Origin: Eledone cirrhosa
Lineage: Eukaryota
Assembly: GCA_964016885.1 (NCBI GenBank)
Contig: OZ024746.1
Coordinates: 64,790,001 to 64,854,000 of the forward strand
Direction: 5' to 3'
Length of the DNA stretch: 64,000 bases
A program made the position numbers and the translations under genes. The notes beneath the pieces are model-generated. The model did not search any database, was not told the origin of the DNA, and was given only the letters and a program-made list of their open reading frames with translations. Positions 10,864 through 23,200 of the stretch are shown here, in pieces. The stretch's first letter is position 1, and each line of letters begins with the position of its first letter.

Positions 10864-11136
10864 ATGAAGAAGATTCTAAGCAGTCACTGAACCTGCTGGA
10901 AATAGTAGTTAGATATTCCTCATATTACATCTTACTGTCTTCAAGAAAGAAGGACACATACATTCTTATTTAAGTATAAGCATATCACACTGTCTGTGTG
11001 TTGTTGCCTAAATGCTTCTCCTTGGATATATTTGCCTGAGTGTCTGTCTGTCTCACTTCCTCTCCCCACCTCTCTATCTATTGATCGATCCATCCACTGA
11101 TCCAGTTTTCTATCTTTTCTTCCCTCTTTCTCAACA

Positions 11137-11184
<48 letters not shown>

Positions 11185-11244
11185 ACACACACACGTATAG
11201 AGAGAGGGAAGGATAATTAGAAAGATATAGTAAAAGATAGGCCC

Positions 11245-14200
11245 ATGTATATATATATTTATATGTATGTATATATATATATATTTGTGTGTATATATAT
11301 ATATACGAATCTGCGAGCTACCAAGCACCCACGTGAAGCGCCAACCCAGAGACCCTCCCCTACGAGTGTCGACAAATGCCCAAAACTCCGAGTTGGTACC
11401 ATCAATGTAGGCTCAATGAAAGGAAGAGCAGGAGAAATCGTAGAAATGCTAGAGCGAAAGGAAGTTGATGTATGCTGTGTGCAAGAGACTAGATGGAGAG
11501 GAGGGTCTGCTAGAGTCCTTGTAGGAAAAAGCCAGTGCTACAAATTTTTCTGGGTGGGAAATGACGATGGGATGGGTGGTGTAGGTATACTATTAGCTGA
11601 CAAGTGGGTAGATAAAGTAATCTCAGTGTACAGGGTAAATGCAAGAATCATTAAACTCAGACTAGTCCTGAATAAGACAATTACCACAATAATATCAGCT
11701 TACGCACCCCAATCGGGGCTGCCAGACGAACTTAAGGATAGGTTTTACGAGTCCCTAATACACACTACTGCTCTAACAGACGACAAGGACTTCCTAATCA
11801 TTGCAGGAGATTTTAACGGACACGTAGGTAAACACTGCGACGGCTTCAATAGAGTACATGGAGGCCATGGAGTTGGCACAAGGAATGAGGAAGGATTCAG
11901 ACTTCTAGAATTCTGCGACGCCAATGACATGTCGATATGTAACACAAACTTTAAAAAACCCGACAACCACCTGATCACCTATAGATCAGGGGAGCACTCT
12001 AGTCAGTTAGATTTTATCCTCATCAGAGGACGTGACAGATGGACGGTCGTAAACACAAAAGCCTTCCCTAGTGAGGAATGTACATCCCAACATAGCTTAG
12101 TTGTCAGCGACCTCACGGTCAGAACTAGACGAGCCCTGAAACAGAGGCCAACCTGGAGAAGAAAGATCTGGAAGCTGAAAGTCCCCTCAACCAGTAACAG
12201 ATTTAAAGATATTTTACTCAACGCCTACGACAGTAAAGAAGAACAGATAGAGACATTTAACGTAGAAGAGAACTGGGAGTTCCTAAAAAATAACTTACTA
12301 GAGGCGACGGATGAGGTTTGTGGCTGGAGTAAGACCTCAAGCAGGAGGAGAGTGACTTGGTGGTGGAACAATAAGGTAGATGAAGCAGTCAAGGCCAAGA
12401 GACAGGCATGGAAAGAATGGAAGAACGGGGGGAGCAGGGTACATTACATAGAGACCAAGAGGGAAGCTAGGCGACAAGTATACTTAGCTAGGAGGGAAGC
12501 AGAGGATAGAAAATTCAAGCATGTTTTACAACGTGAGGACCAGAAACAGGAGGTATTCAAGATTGCGAGGCAGTGTGTCAGAGATAGTTGTGATGTCATT
12601 GGAGAGAAGTGTATCCGGAATGATAAAGGTGAGCTTGCCCTCACAAGTGCTGAGAAGAAAGATGCATGGAAGAGTCATTATGATAGATTACTAAATGAGG
12701 AGAATGCATGGGAAGAAGAGACCCTACCCCACGTAGACCCTATAGAGGGACCAGCAGTACAAGTCAGCGGCAGCGTAGTAAGTAAGGCAATCAGAGATAT
12801 GAAGATAGGGAAGGCAACCGGTCCATCGGGTATAGCTGCCGAGATGCTGAAGGCATCTGGGTCTGTAGGTCACACTATAACCACACGTATCGTTAACCAG
12901 GTAATACTAGAGGGGGCCATACCAAAAGATTGGTGCAGTAGCATCATTGTCAACTGCTACAAAGGTAAAGGCGATGCACTAGATAGAGGAAACTATAGAG
13001 GTATAAAGTTGATGGACCAGGTCATGAAAGTAACAGAAAGAGTTATAGCACAGCTGATTAGGGACCGGGTGAATATAGACGAGATGCAATTTGGGTTTGT
13101 ACCAGGGAAAGGCACCACTGATGCGCTCTTCCTTGTGAGGCAATTACAGGAAAAGTACCTAGCTAAAAGTAAGCCACTCTACTTGGCATTTGTCGACCTT
13201 GAGAAAGCCTTTGACAGAGTTCCACGTGCAGTAATCTGGTGGGCTCTTAGAAAACTAGGAGTAGATGAATGGCTTGTGAAAGCGGTACAAGCCATGTATA
13301 GGGGAGCAGTCAGCAAAGTTAGGATTGGCAATGAGTATAGCGAGGAATTTAGCGTACAGGTTGGGGTCCACCAGGGCTCTGTTCTTAGCCCTCTCCTGTT
13401 CATCATAGTCCTGCAGGCAATAACGGAGGAGTTTAAGACCGGATGCCCATGGGAACTCCTGTATGCTGATGACCTCGCACTCATAGCTGAATCTATGGTA
13501 GAACTAGAGAATAAATTCCAAACCTGGAAGCAGGGACTAGAGAGAAAGGGCCTCAAAGTCAACATGACAAAGACTAAGGTCCTTATAAGTAGACGAGAAA
13601 ACAGAACCCAGATCCCCTCAGGGAAATGGCCTTGCTCAGTATGTAGGAAAGGTGTAGGTAGGAACTCCATTCTTTGCCCCAAATGCAAACAATGGGTACA
13701 CAAGAGATGTAGCGGGATCTCAGGAAGCTTAATTAAGAATGTAGGATTCACATGCAGCAGCTGTGCTGAAACAGCAAGCAAACAGCCACAGGAAACAAGT
13801 ACCACCAATCTCTGGGAGGGCCCTGTAGAAACAGTAGACAGCTTCTGCTACCTAGGTGACCGAATTAGCAACGGAGGTGGGTGCTCAGAAAGTACAATAA
13901 CTAGGGTAAGAACGGGATGGAAGAAGTTTAGGGAACTACTACCACTGCTAGCTGCAAAAGGCTTCTCCCTCAGAATGAAAGGCAGACTGTATGATGCGTG
14001 TATCCGAACAGCGATGTTGCATGGTAGTGAGACCTGGGCGCTGAAGGTGGAAGACTTACGTAGATTAGAGAGAAACGAAGCCTGCATGCTCCGATGGATG
14101 TGTAACAGTAATATACGTGAACGACAAAGCATAAATGAATTGAGAGAGAGACTGAGCATAAGAGGAATCAAATGCTGCGTGCAGGAGAGGCGGTTACGCT

Positions 14201-14424
14201 GGTATGGACATGTGATGCGTATGAAGGATGACAGCTGCATAAAAAGGTGCAGAGCACTAGAAGTTGATGGAAACCGCGGAGTGGGGAGACCCAAGATGAC
14301 TTGGGATGAGGTGATAAAAGCCGACCTTACCCAACTACACCTCTCAAAGTCAATGACACACGACCGTGACTTCTGGCGTCACGCAGTAATACAGGGTACC
14401 CGACCTCCCATGGGTACATGCTGA
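11245..14424 (+). CDS. LINE polyprotein: APE-like endonuclease, reverse transcriptase, embedded PHD-type zinc finger
   Basis: EN motifs GTINV, CVQETRW, SAYAP, AGDFNGHVG, QLDFIL, SQH. RT motifs NYRGIKL, QFGF, AFVDLEKAFDRV, GVHQGSVLSPLLF, YADD (13462-13473), FCYLG. RTE C-terminus RRLRWYGHVMR..RGVGRPK.TW. The first ~20 codons are microsatellite-derived, so the true start is uncertain. Confidence 0.93.
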   Translation: MYIYIYMYVYIYIFVCIYIYTNLRATKHPREAPTQRPSPTSVDKCPKLRVGTINVGSMKGRAGEIVEMLERKEVDVCCVQETRWRGGSARVLVGKSQCYKFFWVGNDDGMGGVGILLADKWVDKVISVYRVNARIIKLRLVLNKTITTIISAYAPQSGLPDELKDRFYESLIHTTALTDDKDFLIIAGDFNGHVGKHCDGFNRVHGGHGVGTRNEEGFRLLEFCDANDMSICNTNFKKPDNHLITYRSGEHSSQLDFILIRGRDRWTVVNTKAFPSEECTSQHSLVVSDLTVRTRRALKQRPTWRRKIWKLKVPSTSNRFKDILLNAYDSKEEQIETFNVEENWEFLKNNLLEATDEVCGWSKTSSRRRVTWWWNNKVDEAVKAKRQAWKEWKNGGSRVHYIETKREARRQVYLARREAEDRKFKHVLQREDQKQEVFKIARQCVRDSCDVIGEKCIRNDKGELALTSAEKKDAWKSHYDRLLNEENAWEEETLPHVDPIEGPAVQVSGSVVSKAIRDMKIGKATGPSGIAAEMLKASGSVGHTITTRIVNQVILEGAIPKDWCSSIIVNCYKGKGDALDRGNYRGIKLMDQVMKVTERVIAQLIRDRVNIDEMQFGFVPGKGTTDALFLVRQLQEKYLAKSKPLYLAFVDLEKAFDRVPRAVIWWALRKLGVDEWLVKAVQAMYRGAVSKVRIGNEYSEEFSVQVGVHQGSVLSPLLFIIVLQAITEEFKTGCPWELLYADDLALIAESMVELENKFQTWKQGLERKGLKVNMTKTKVLISRRENRTQIPSGKWPCSVCRKGVGRNSILCPKCKQWVHKRCSGISGSLIKNVGFTCSSCAETASKQPQETSTTNLWEGPVETVDSFCYLGDRISNGGGCSESTITRVRTGWKKFRELLPLLAAKGFSLRMKGRLYDACIRTAMLHGSETWALKVEDLRRLERNEACMLRWMCNSNIRERQSINELRERLSIRGIKCCVQERRLRWYGHVMRMKDDSCIKRCRALEVDGNRGVGRPKMTWDEVIKADLTQLHLSKSMTHDRDFWRHAVIQGTRPPMGTC

Positions 14425-14720
14425 AGCATATAAACAATATGCCCCCCCCCCCCACCGCAAGGTGGTCGTGGAGGTGCCACGGCAAAAAAGCACCCAGCCC
14501 ACACTGTAAAGTGGACGTGTAGGCGCCACGAAAAAGCACCCAGCACTCACTGTAAATGAGGTTGGTGTTAGGAAGGGCATCCAGCTGTAGAAATCAAGCC
14601 AGATCAGTTCCTGTATGAGCAAGGCATGGTCAGCCGACCAGACACTGCCCACAACAGGACAACCCGTCTAACCCATGCTAGCGTGGAAGAACGGACGTAA
14701 AACGGTGATGATGATGATGA
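11306..14720 (+). mobile_element. RTE-clade LINE with intact ORF and 3' UTR, probably slightly 5'-truncated, starting directly after (TA)n
   Basis: Single APE+RT ORF; ~300-bp 3' UTR ending ggacgtaaaacggt(gat)n. No clear target-site duplication seen. Confidence 0.93.
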
Positions 14721-14725
14721 TACAT

Positions 14726-15060
14726 ATCATTTTTTCATCATTTTACGTCCGCTTTTCCCTGCTTGCAAGGGTGGGACAGGAACTGATTCTGGCTTGATTT
14801 CTACAACTGGATGCCCTTCCTAACACCAACCTCATTTACAGTGAGTGCTGGGTGCTTTTTTCCGTGGCACCTCCACGACCACTTTGCAGCGGAATGATAG
14901 GGACCCCAGTCCCTATCATCTCATTTTTACAGCTGAGTAAACTGGAGCAATGTGAAATAAAGTGTCTTGCTCAAGGAAACAACACATCACCCAGTCTGAG
15001 AATTGAACTCACAACCTTTCGATTGCAAGGCCAACGCTCTAACCACTAAGCCATGTGCCT
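14726..15060 (-). mobile_element. Apparently full-length tRNA-head / CORE-like / RTE-tail SINE
   Basis: On the minus strand: aggcacatggcttagtggttagagcgttggccttgcaatcgaaaggttgtgagttcaattctc (A and B boxes), then ccttgagcaagacactttatttcac..ctccag..ctcagctg core, then a tail nearly identical to the LINE 3' UTR. Confidence 0.85.
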
Positions 15061-15539
15061 CCATATATATATCCATATATATATATATACATATATATAC
15101 ATGTATGAATACATAATAGGGGTACATTTGAAAGCATATATATGAATGTTTTAAGCTGTGATCATGTCACACATATCTCAGTTGTACCCTGGACTATATT
15201 ATTCAATACATGGGTAAATTGCATTTTGTGGGAAATTTTGTTGCTAATTCTAGCAAGTCAAGTAACAACATAGAGGCTCCTTTGTTGTCTCCTCTATTCA
15301 CTTATTTGTTTGGTGTGGTATCAGGGATTTCACAGAGATCTTACACTAATAGTATGCATGCATGGACGACATGTAACTCCTGAGGATGTCATATAGGTAC
15401 TATATTGTCATACAGTATTTTTAAGTCATTTATTTAACCTGATGGAGCCCACCTTCTCTCCAGATCTGAATACAGCAGGTTTTTTCAAGAGAAGGATAGA
15501 GAGTGAAAAAATGGAGGTAAGAAAGAGATATAGAGGAAG

Positions 15540-15680
15540 AATCGACCCTAGTACTAGACTGGTACTCTATCAACCTCGAAAGGATGAAAGGCAAATTTGA
15601 CCTCAGTAGGATTTGAACTCAAAGAGCAGAGAACTGGAACAAATACTGCAAAGCATTCTATCCGACGTTCTAACAATTGA
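15540..15680 (-). mobile_element. tRNA-derived SINE fragment, same family as 7940-8440
   Basis: aaggatgaaaggcaaatttgacctcagtaggatttgaactc is the reverse complement of the family core. Another decayed tail lies at ~16210-16320. Confidence 0.7.
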
Positions 15681-15959
15681 CTACCTTTACACTAATAGTA
15701 GTAAATACTGTGTGTAATATATACTACTGTATCAAAACATCTTGAGATGAGGACCAACCTGCTCCTTTTAATTGTTTCTTAACCAGATATCAAAATCCAT
15801 TTACTTCTTGTAGGTCAGACTGACCTGTCTTAAATAGAGTAGATGAAAGAAAAGGAACAATTCTTACATGTTGATATGTAAGGTTTGGGGATTAACTAAT
15901 TATAAGCTTAACAGAATAGCTAGCAAGTCAACAAGGGAGCCACAATAAGAGGTCATTAA

Positions 15960-16135
15960 TATTGCTCGAAACAACAGTTATATCTCCCTCAAATCACAAT
16001 CTACCATATTAAATAAGAAAAAGGCACATACTAGATAATATTGTCATACATATGCCTGAAAAAGACAGGATGGCCATGGCTTAAGTGCCTTTGATGGTTC
16101 TGCTTAAGTAGGGCTAACTTGAGGATAAACAATAA
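15960..16135 (+). repeat. Old dispersed repeat with several decayed copies in the window
   Basis: Motif string gctagaaatagca..aaatctccctcaaatcaca..tcttaa..aggacacattggata recurs at ~2000-2070, 3735-3815, 7735-7890 and 10890-10960, and inverted at ~1695-1740, 15225-15280 and 17105-17250. Confidence 0.6.
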
Positions 16136-17278
16136 CAACAATAACAATAACAACAATAACAATAACATCACTTTATTGGCTGAGCCCTCTACACAACCAT
16201 TGTTTAATTATGATAATAATGGTTTCTTACATAGACACAAGGTCAGAAATTGTGGTTAGAGGTGGTGGATGAGTATATCAATCCCAGTATTAGGTATTTT
16301 ATTGATACCAGAAGGTTGAAAATCATTGCATTTAGATCAGGGATCTCAAATTTAAGGACTCAAAAGGGTCATTACATCCTGGAAAAGAGGCATGGTGGAC
16401 CAAAACTGAGATGAAGTGGAATATGGTATGATTTCTACCAATTATAATGCTAATCTACAATACAGTTGATAGGCAGCTATTTATTTATTTATGTATTTAC
16501 TTGTCTTCAAAATTAATACGCATATGATAGTAAGTGGGATATGGGAATTAGTACAAAATGTAGGGAGACAAATTTTACATTTAAAATTTTCTATTTTTTT
16601 CTTTGCTGTCATTGAAAAGTAATTTGTGGGCAGTATATTTTGGACCCCTAATTTAGATTTATTTTTAGTTTTATTTGTCTGAAGCTGTCAATCTGACTGA
16701 TTACTTGCAAGCGCATAGATATAATGAAACCATCCAAAAATGTCTCAATGTGCAAGTACAGCATAAAATGGTTTAAAAGAAGATTGTAAGTGGTATGTAA
16801 AGTTATCTGTGTGTGTGTGTACCATATAGTAATGAAAATACAATTTTACATTATAAGAGGTATATAAAGTTGTGTATATATATATGTGTGTGTGTACCAG
16901 TGAGTTATCTAATGCATATAGCAATAAAAATAACCTCCAGCATTCAATGAGTTTCATAACATTTGATACTACAATATTTATATATATATATATATTACCA
17001 TGGCTATTCACAGCAGTGATGAAAATTATCACAATCCTAATTATCCAATCTTTTTATATCTAGAAATACATTATCAAAAATATCATTTCTATTTTAAAAT
17101 GGTATATGATTTAATGGAATTTTACTGATATTTCTAACAGGTTGAGCAACTGCATAGAGGCTAATATTGTTGTTTAGGCCCAAGTTAATCTTGATTAAAC
17201 AAATCTATAATAAAAGCCATTCCAGTTATGATCATCCTGACTTTTTTTTTTATGCAAAAGCATAGCACTTCCCCTTGA

Positions 17279-20200
17279 ATTATCTCATATTCCTCTTACA
17301 TTACCTCATATTCCTCTTACATTACCTCATATTCCTCTTACATTACCTCATATTCCTCTTACATTACCTCATATTCCTCTTACATTACCTCATATTTCTC
17401 TTACCTTACCTCATATTCCTCTTACCTTACCTCATATTCCTCTTACATTACCTCATATTCCTCTTACATTACCTCATATTCCTCTTACATTACCTCATAT
17501 TCCTCTTACCTTACCTCATATTCCTCTTACCTTACCTCATATTCCTCTTACCTTACCTCATATTCCTCTTACATTACCTCATATTCCTCTTACATTACCT
17601 CATATTTCTCTTACATTACCTCATATTCCTCTTACCTTACCTCATATTCCTCTTACCTTACCTCATATTCCTCTTACCTTACCTCATATTCCTCTTACAT
17701 TATCTCATATTCCTCTTACATTACCTCGTATTCCTCTTACCTTACCTCATATTCCTCTTACCTTACCTCATATTCCTCTTACATTACCTCATATTCCTCT
17801 TACCTTACCTCATATTCCTCTTACCTTACCTCATATTCCTCTTACATTACCTCATATTCCTCTTACATTACCTCATATTCCTCTTACATTACCTCATATT
17901 CCTCTTATCTTACCTCATATTCCTCTTATCTTACCTCATATTCCTCTTACCTTACCTCATATTCCTCTTACCTTACCTCATATTCCTCTTACCTTACCTC
18001 ATATTCCTTTTACATTACCTCATATTCCTCTTACCTTACGTCATATTCCTCTTACATTATCACATATTCCTCTTACATTGCCTCATATTCCTCTTACAAT
18101 GCCTCATATTCCTCTTACATTACCTCATATTCCTCTTACATTACCTCATATTCCTCTTACCTTACCTCATATTCTCTTACCTTACCTCATATTCCTCTTA
18201 CCTTACCTCATATACCACTTTCATTACCTTATATTCCTCTTACATTACCTCATATTCCTCTTACATTATCTCATATTCCTCTTACATTACCTGATATTCC
18301 TCTTACATTATCTCATATTCCTCTTACATTATCTCATATTCCTCTTACCTTACCTCATATTCCCCTTACATTACCTCATATTCCTCTTACATTACCTCAT
18401 ATTCCTCTTACATTACCTCATATTCTTCTTACCTTATCTCATATTCCTCTTACATTACCTCATGTTACTCTTACATTACCTCATATTACTCTTACATTAC
18501 CTCATATTCCTCTTACATTACCTCGTATTCCCCTTACATTACCTCATATTCCTCTTACCTTACCTCATATTCCTCTTACCTTATCTCATATTCCTCTTAC
18601 ATTACCTCATATTCCTCTTACCTTACCTCATATTCGTCTTACATTACCTCATATTCCTCTTACCTTAGCTCATATTCCTCTTACATTACCTCATATTCCT
18701 CTTACATTACCTCATATTCCTCTTACCTTATCTCATATACCTCTTACATTACCTCATGTTACTCTTACATTACCTCATGTTACTCTTACATTACTTCATA
18801 TTCCTCTTACATTACCTCATATTCCTCTTACCTTACCTTATATTCCTCTTACATTACCTCATATTCCTCTTACATTATCTCATATTCCTCTTACATTATC
18901 TCATATTCCTCTTACATTACCTCATATTCCTCTTACCTTACCTCATATTCCTCTTACATTACCTCATATTCCTCTTACCTTACCTCATAATCCTCTTACA
19001 TTACCTCATATTCCTCTTACATTACCTCATATTCCTCTTACATTACCTCATATTTCTCTTAAATTACCTCATATTTCTCTTACATTACCTCATATTCCTC
19101 TTACATTACCTCATATTCCTCTTACATTACCTCATATTCCTCTTACCTTACCTCATATTCCTCTTACATTACCTCATATTCCTCTTACATTACCTCATAT
19201 TCCTCTTACATTACCTCATATTCCTCTTACCTTAACTCATATTCCTCTTACATTACCTCATATTCCTCTTACATTACCTCATATTCCTCTTACATTACCT
19301 CATATTCCTCTTACATTACCTCATATTCCTCTTACATTATCTGATATTCCTCTTACATTATCTCATATTCCTCTTACATTACCTCATATTCCTCTTACAT
19401 TACCTCATATTCCTCTTACATTACCTCATATTCCTCTTACATTACCTCATTTTCCTCTTACATTACCTCATATTCCTCATACATTACCTCATGTTCCTCT
19501 TACATTACCTCATATTCCTCTTACATTCTCATATTCCTCTTACGTTACCTCATATTCCTCTTACATTACCTCATATTCCTCTTACATTACCTCATATTCC
19601 TCTTACATTACCTCATATTCCTCTTACCTTACCTCATATTCCTCTTACATTACCTCATATTCCTCTTACATTATCTCATATTTCTCTTACATTACCTCAT
19701 ATTCCTCTTACATTACCTCATATTCCTCTTACCTTACCTCATATTCCTCTTACATTACCTCATATTCCTTTTACATTACCTCATATTCCTCTTACATTAC
19801 CTCATATTCCTCTTACATTACCTCATATTCCTCTTACATTACCTCATATTCCTCTTACCTTAACTCATATTCCTCTTACATTACCTCATATTCCTCTTAC
19901 ATTACCTCATATTCCTCTTACATTACCTCATATTCCTCTTACATTACCTCATATTCCTCTTACATTATCTGATATTCCTCTTACATTATCTCATATTCCT
20001 CTTACATTACCTCATATTCCTCTTACATTACCTCATATTCCTCTTACATTACCTCATATTCCTCTTACATTACCTCATTTTCCTCTTACATTACCTCATA
20101 TTCCTCTTACATTACCTCATATTCCTCTTACATTACCTCATATTCCTCTTACATTATCTCATATTCCTCTTACGTTACCTCATATTCCTCTTACATTACC

Positions 20201-23200
20201 TCATATTCCTCTTACATTACCTCATATTCCTCTTACATTACCTCATATTCCTCTTACCTTACCTCATATTCCTCTTACATTACCTCATATTCCTCTTACA
20301 TTATCTCATATTCCTCTTACATTACCTCATATTCCTCTTACATTACCTCATATTCCTCTTACATTACCTCATATTCCTCTTACATTACCTCATTTTCCTC
20401 TTACATTACCTCATATTCCTCTTACATTACCTCATATTCCTCTTACATTACCTCATATTCCTCTTACATTATCTCATATTCCTCTTACGTTACCTCATAT
20501 TCCTCTTACATTACCTCATATTCCTCTTACATTACCTCATATTCCTCTTACATTACCTCATATTCCTCTTACCTTACCTCATATTCCTCTTACCTTACCT
20601 CATATTCTCTTACCTTACCTCATATTCCTCTTACCTTACCTCATATACCACTTTCATTACCTTATATTCCTCTTACATTACCTCATATTCCTCTTACATT
20701 ATCTCATATTCCTCTTACATTACCTGATATTCCTCTTACATTACCTCATATTCCTCTTACCTTACCTCATATTCCTCTTACATTACCTTATATTCCTCTT
20801 ACATTACCTCATATTCCTCTTACCTTACCTCATATTCCTCTTACATTACCTCATATTCCTCTTACCTTACCTCATATTCCTCTTACCTTACCTCATATTC
20901 TCTTACCTTACCTCATATTCCTCTTACCTTACCTCATATACCACTTTCATTACCTTATATTCCTCTTACATTACCTCATATTCCTCTTACATTATCTCAT
21001 ATTCCTCTTACCTTACCTCATATTCCCCTTACATTACCTCATATTCCTCTTACCTTACCTCATATTCCTCTTACATTACCTCATATTCCTCTTACCTTAG
21101 CTCATATTCCTCTTACATTACCTCATATTCCTCTTACATTACCTCATATTCTTCTTACCTTATCTCATATTCCTCTTACATTACCTCATGTTACTCTTAC
21201 ATTACCTCATATTACTCTTACATTACCTCATATTCCTCTTACATTACCTCGTATTCCCCTTACATTACCTCATATTCCTCTTACCTTACCTCATATTCCT
21301 CTTACCTTACCTCATATTCCCCTTACATTATCTCATATTCCTCTTACATTACCTCATATTCCTCTTACCTTACCTCATATTCCTCTTACATTACCTCATA
21401 TTCCTCTTACCTTAGCTCATATTCCTCTTACATTACCTCATATTCCTCTTACCTTACCTCATATTCCTCTTACATTACCTCATATTCCTCTTACCTTAGC
21501 TCATATTCCTCTTACCTTACCTCATATTCCTCTTACCTTACCTTATATTCCTCTTACATTACCTCATATTCCTCTTACATTATCTCATATTCCTCTTACA
21601 TTATCTCATATTCCTCTTACATTACCTCATATTCCTCTTACCTTACCTCATATTCCTCTTACATTACCTCATATTCCTCTTACCTTACCTCATAATCCTC
21701 TTACATTACCTCATATTCCTCTTACATTACCTCATATTCCTCTTACATTACCTCATATTCCTCTTACATTACCTCATATTCCTCTTACCTTACCTCATAT
21801 TCCTCTTACATTACCTCATATTCCTCTTACATTACCTCATATTCCTCTTACATTACCTCATATTCCTCTTACATTACCTCATATTCCTCTTACCTTACCT
21901 CATATTCCTCTTACATTACCTCATATTCCTCTTACCTTACCTCATATTCCTCTTACATTACCTCATATTCCTCTTACATTACCTCATATTCCTCTTACAT
22001 TACCTCATATTCCTCTTACATTACCTCATATTCCTCTTACATTACCTCATATTCCTCTTACCTTAACTCATATTCCTCTTACATTACCTCATATTCCTCT
22101 TACATTACCTCATATTCCTCTTACATTACCTCATATTCCTCTTACATTACCTCATATTCCTCTTACATTATCTGATATTCCTCTTACATTATCTCATATT
22201 CCTCTTACATTACCTCATATTCCTCTTACATTACCTCATATTCCTCTTACATTACCTCATATTCCTCTTACATTATCTCATATTCCTCTTACGTTACCTC
22301 ATATTCCTCTTACATTACCTCATATTCCTCTTACATTACCTCATATTCCTCTTACATTACCTCATATTCCTCTTACCTTACCTCATATTCCTCTTACACT
22401 ACCTCATATTCCTCTTACATTATCTCATATTTCTCTTACATTACCTCATATTCCTCTTACATTACCTCATATTCCTCTTACATTATCTCATATTCCTCTT
22501 ACATTACCTCATATTCCTCTTACATTACCTCATGTTACTCTTACATTACCTCATATTCCTCTTACCTTATCTCATATTCCTCTTACATTACCTCATGTTA
22601 CTCTTACATTACCTCATATTCCTCTTACATTACCTCATATTCCTCTTACCTTATCTCATATTCCTCTTACATTACCTCATATTCCTCTTACATTACCTCG
22701 TATTCCTCTTACATTACCTCGTATTCCTCTTACATTACCTCATATTCCTCTTACCTTACCTAATATTCCTCTTACCTTAACTCATATTCCTCTTACATTA
22801 CCTCATATTCCTCTTACATTACCTCATATTCCTCTTACATTACCTCATATTCCTCTTACATTATCTCACGTTCCTCTTATCTTACCTCGTATTCCTCTTA
22901 CCTTATCTCATATTCCTCTTACATTACCTCATATTCCTCTTACCTTACCTCATGTTACTCTTACATTACCTCATATTCCTCTTACATTACCTCATATTCC
23001 TCTTACATTACCTCATATTCCTCTTACATTACCTCATATTCCTCTTACATTACCTCATATTCCTCTTACATTACCTCATATTCCTCTTACATTACCTCAT
23101 ATTCCTCTTACCTTACCTCATATTCATCTTACATTACCTCATATTCCTCTTACATTACCTCATATTCCTCTTACATTACCTCATATTCCTCTTACATTAC

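Noticed and set aside
12085-12093. Endonuclease SQH instead of canonical SDH as an inactivating mutation
   Set aside because: QH at this position is, to my knowledge, common among RTE-clade endonucleases; not evidence of decay without a family alignment.
11745-14652. Minus-strand ORFs inside the LINE
   Set aside because: Antisense shadows of the RT ORF with no motifs.
14990-15060. tRNA gene
   Set aside because: The tRNA-like A/B boxes run directly into a SINE core and LINE-derived tail, so this is a SINE head.
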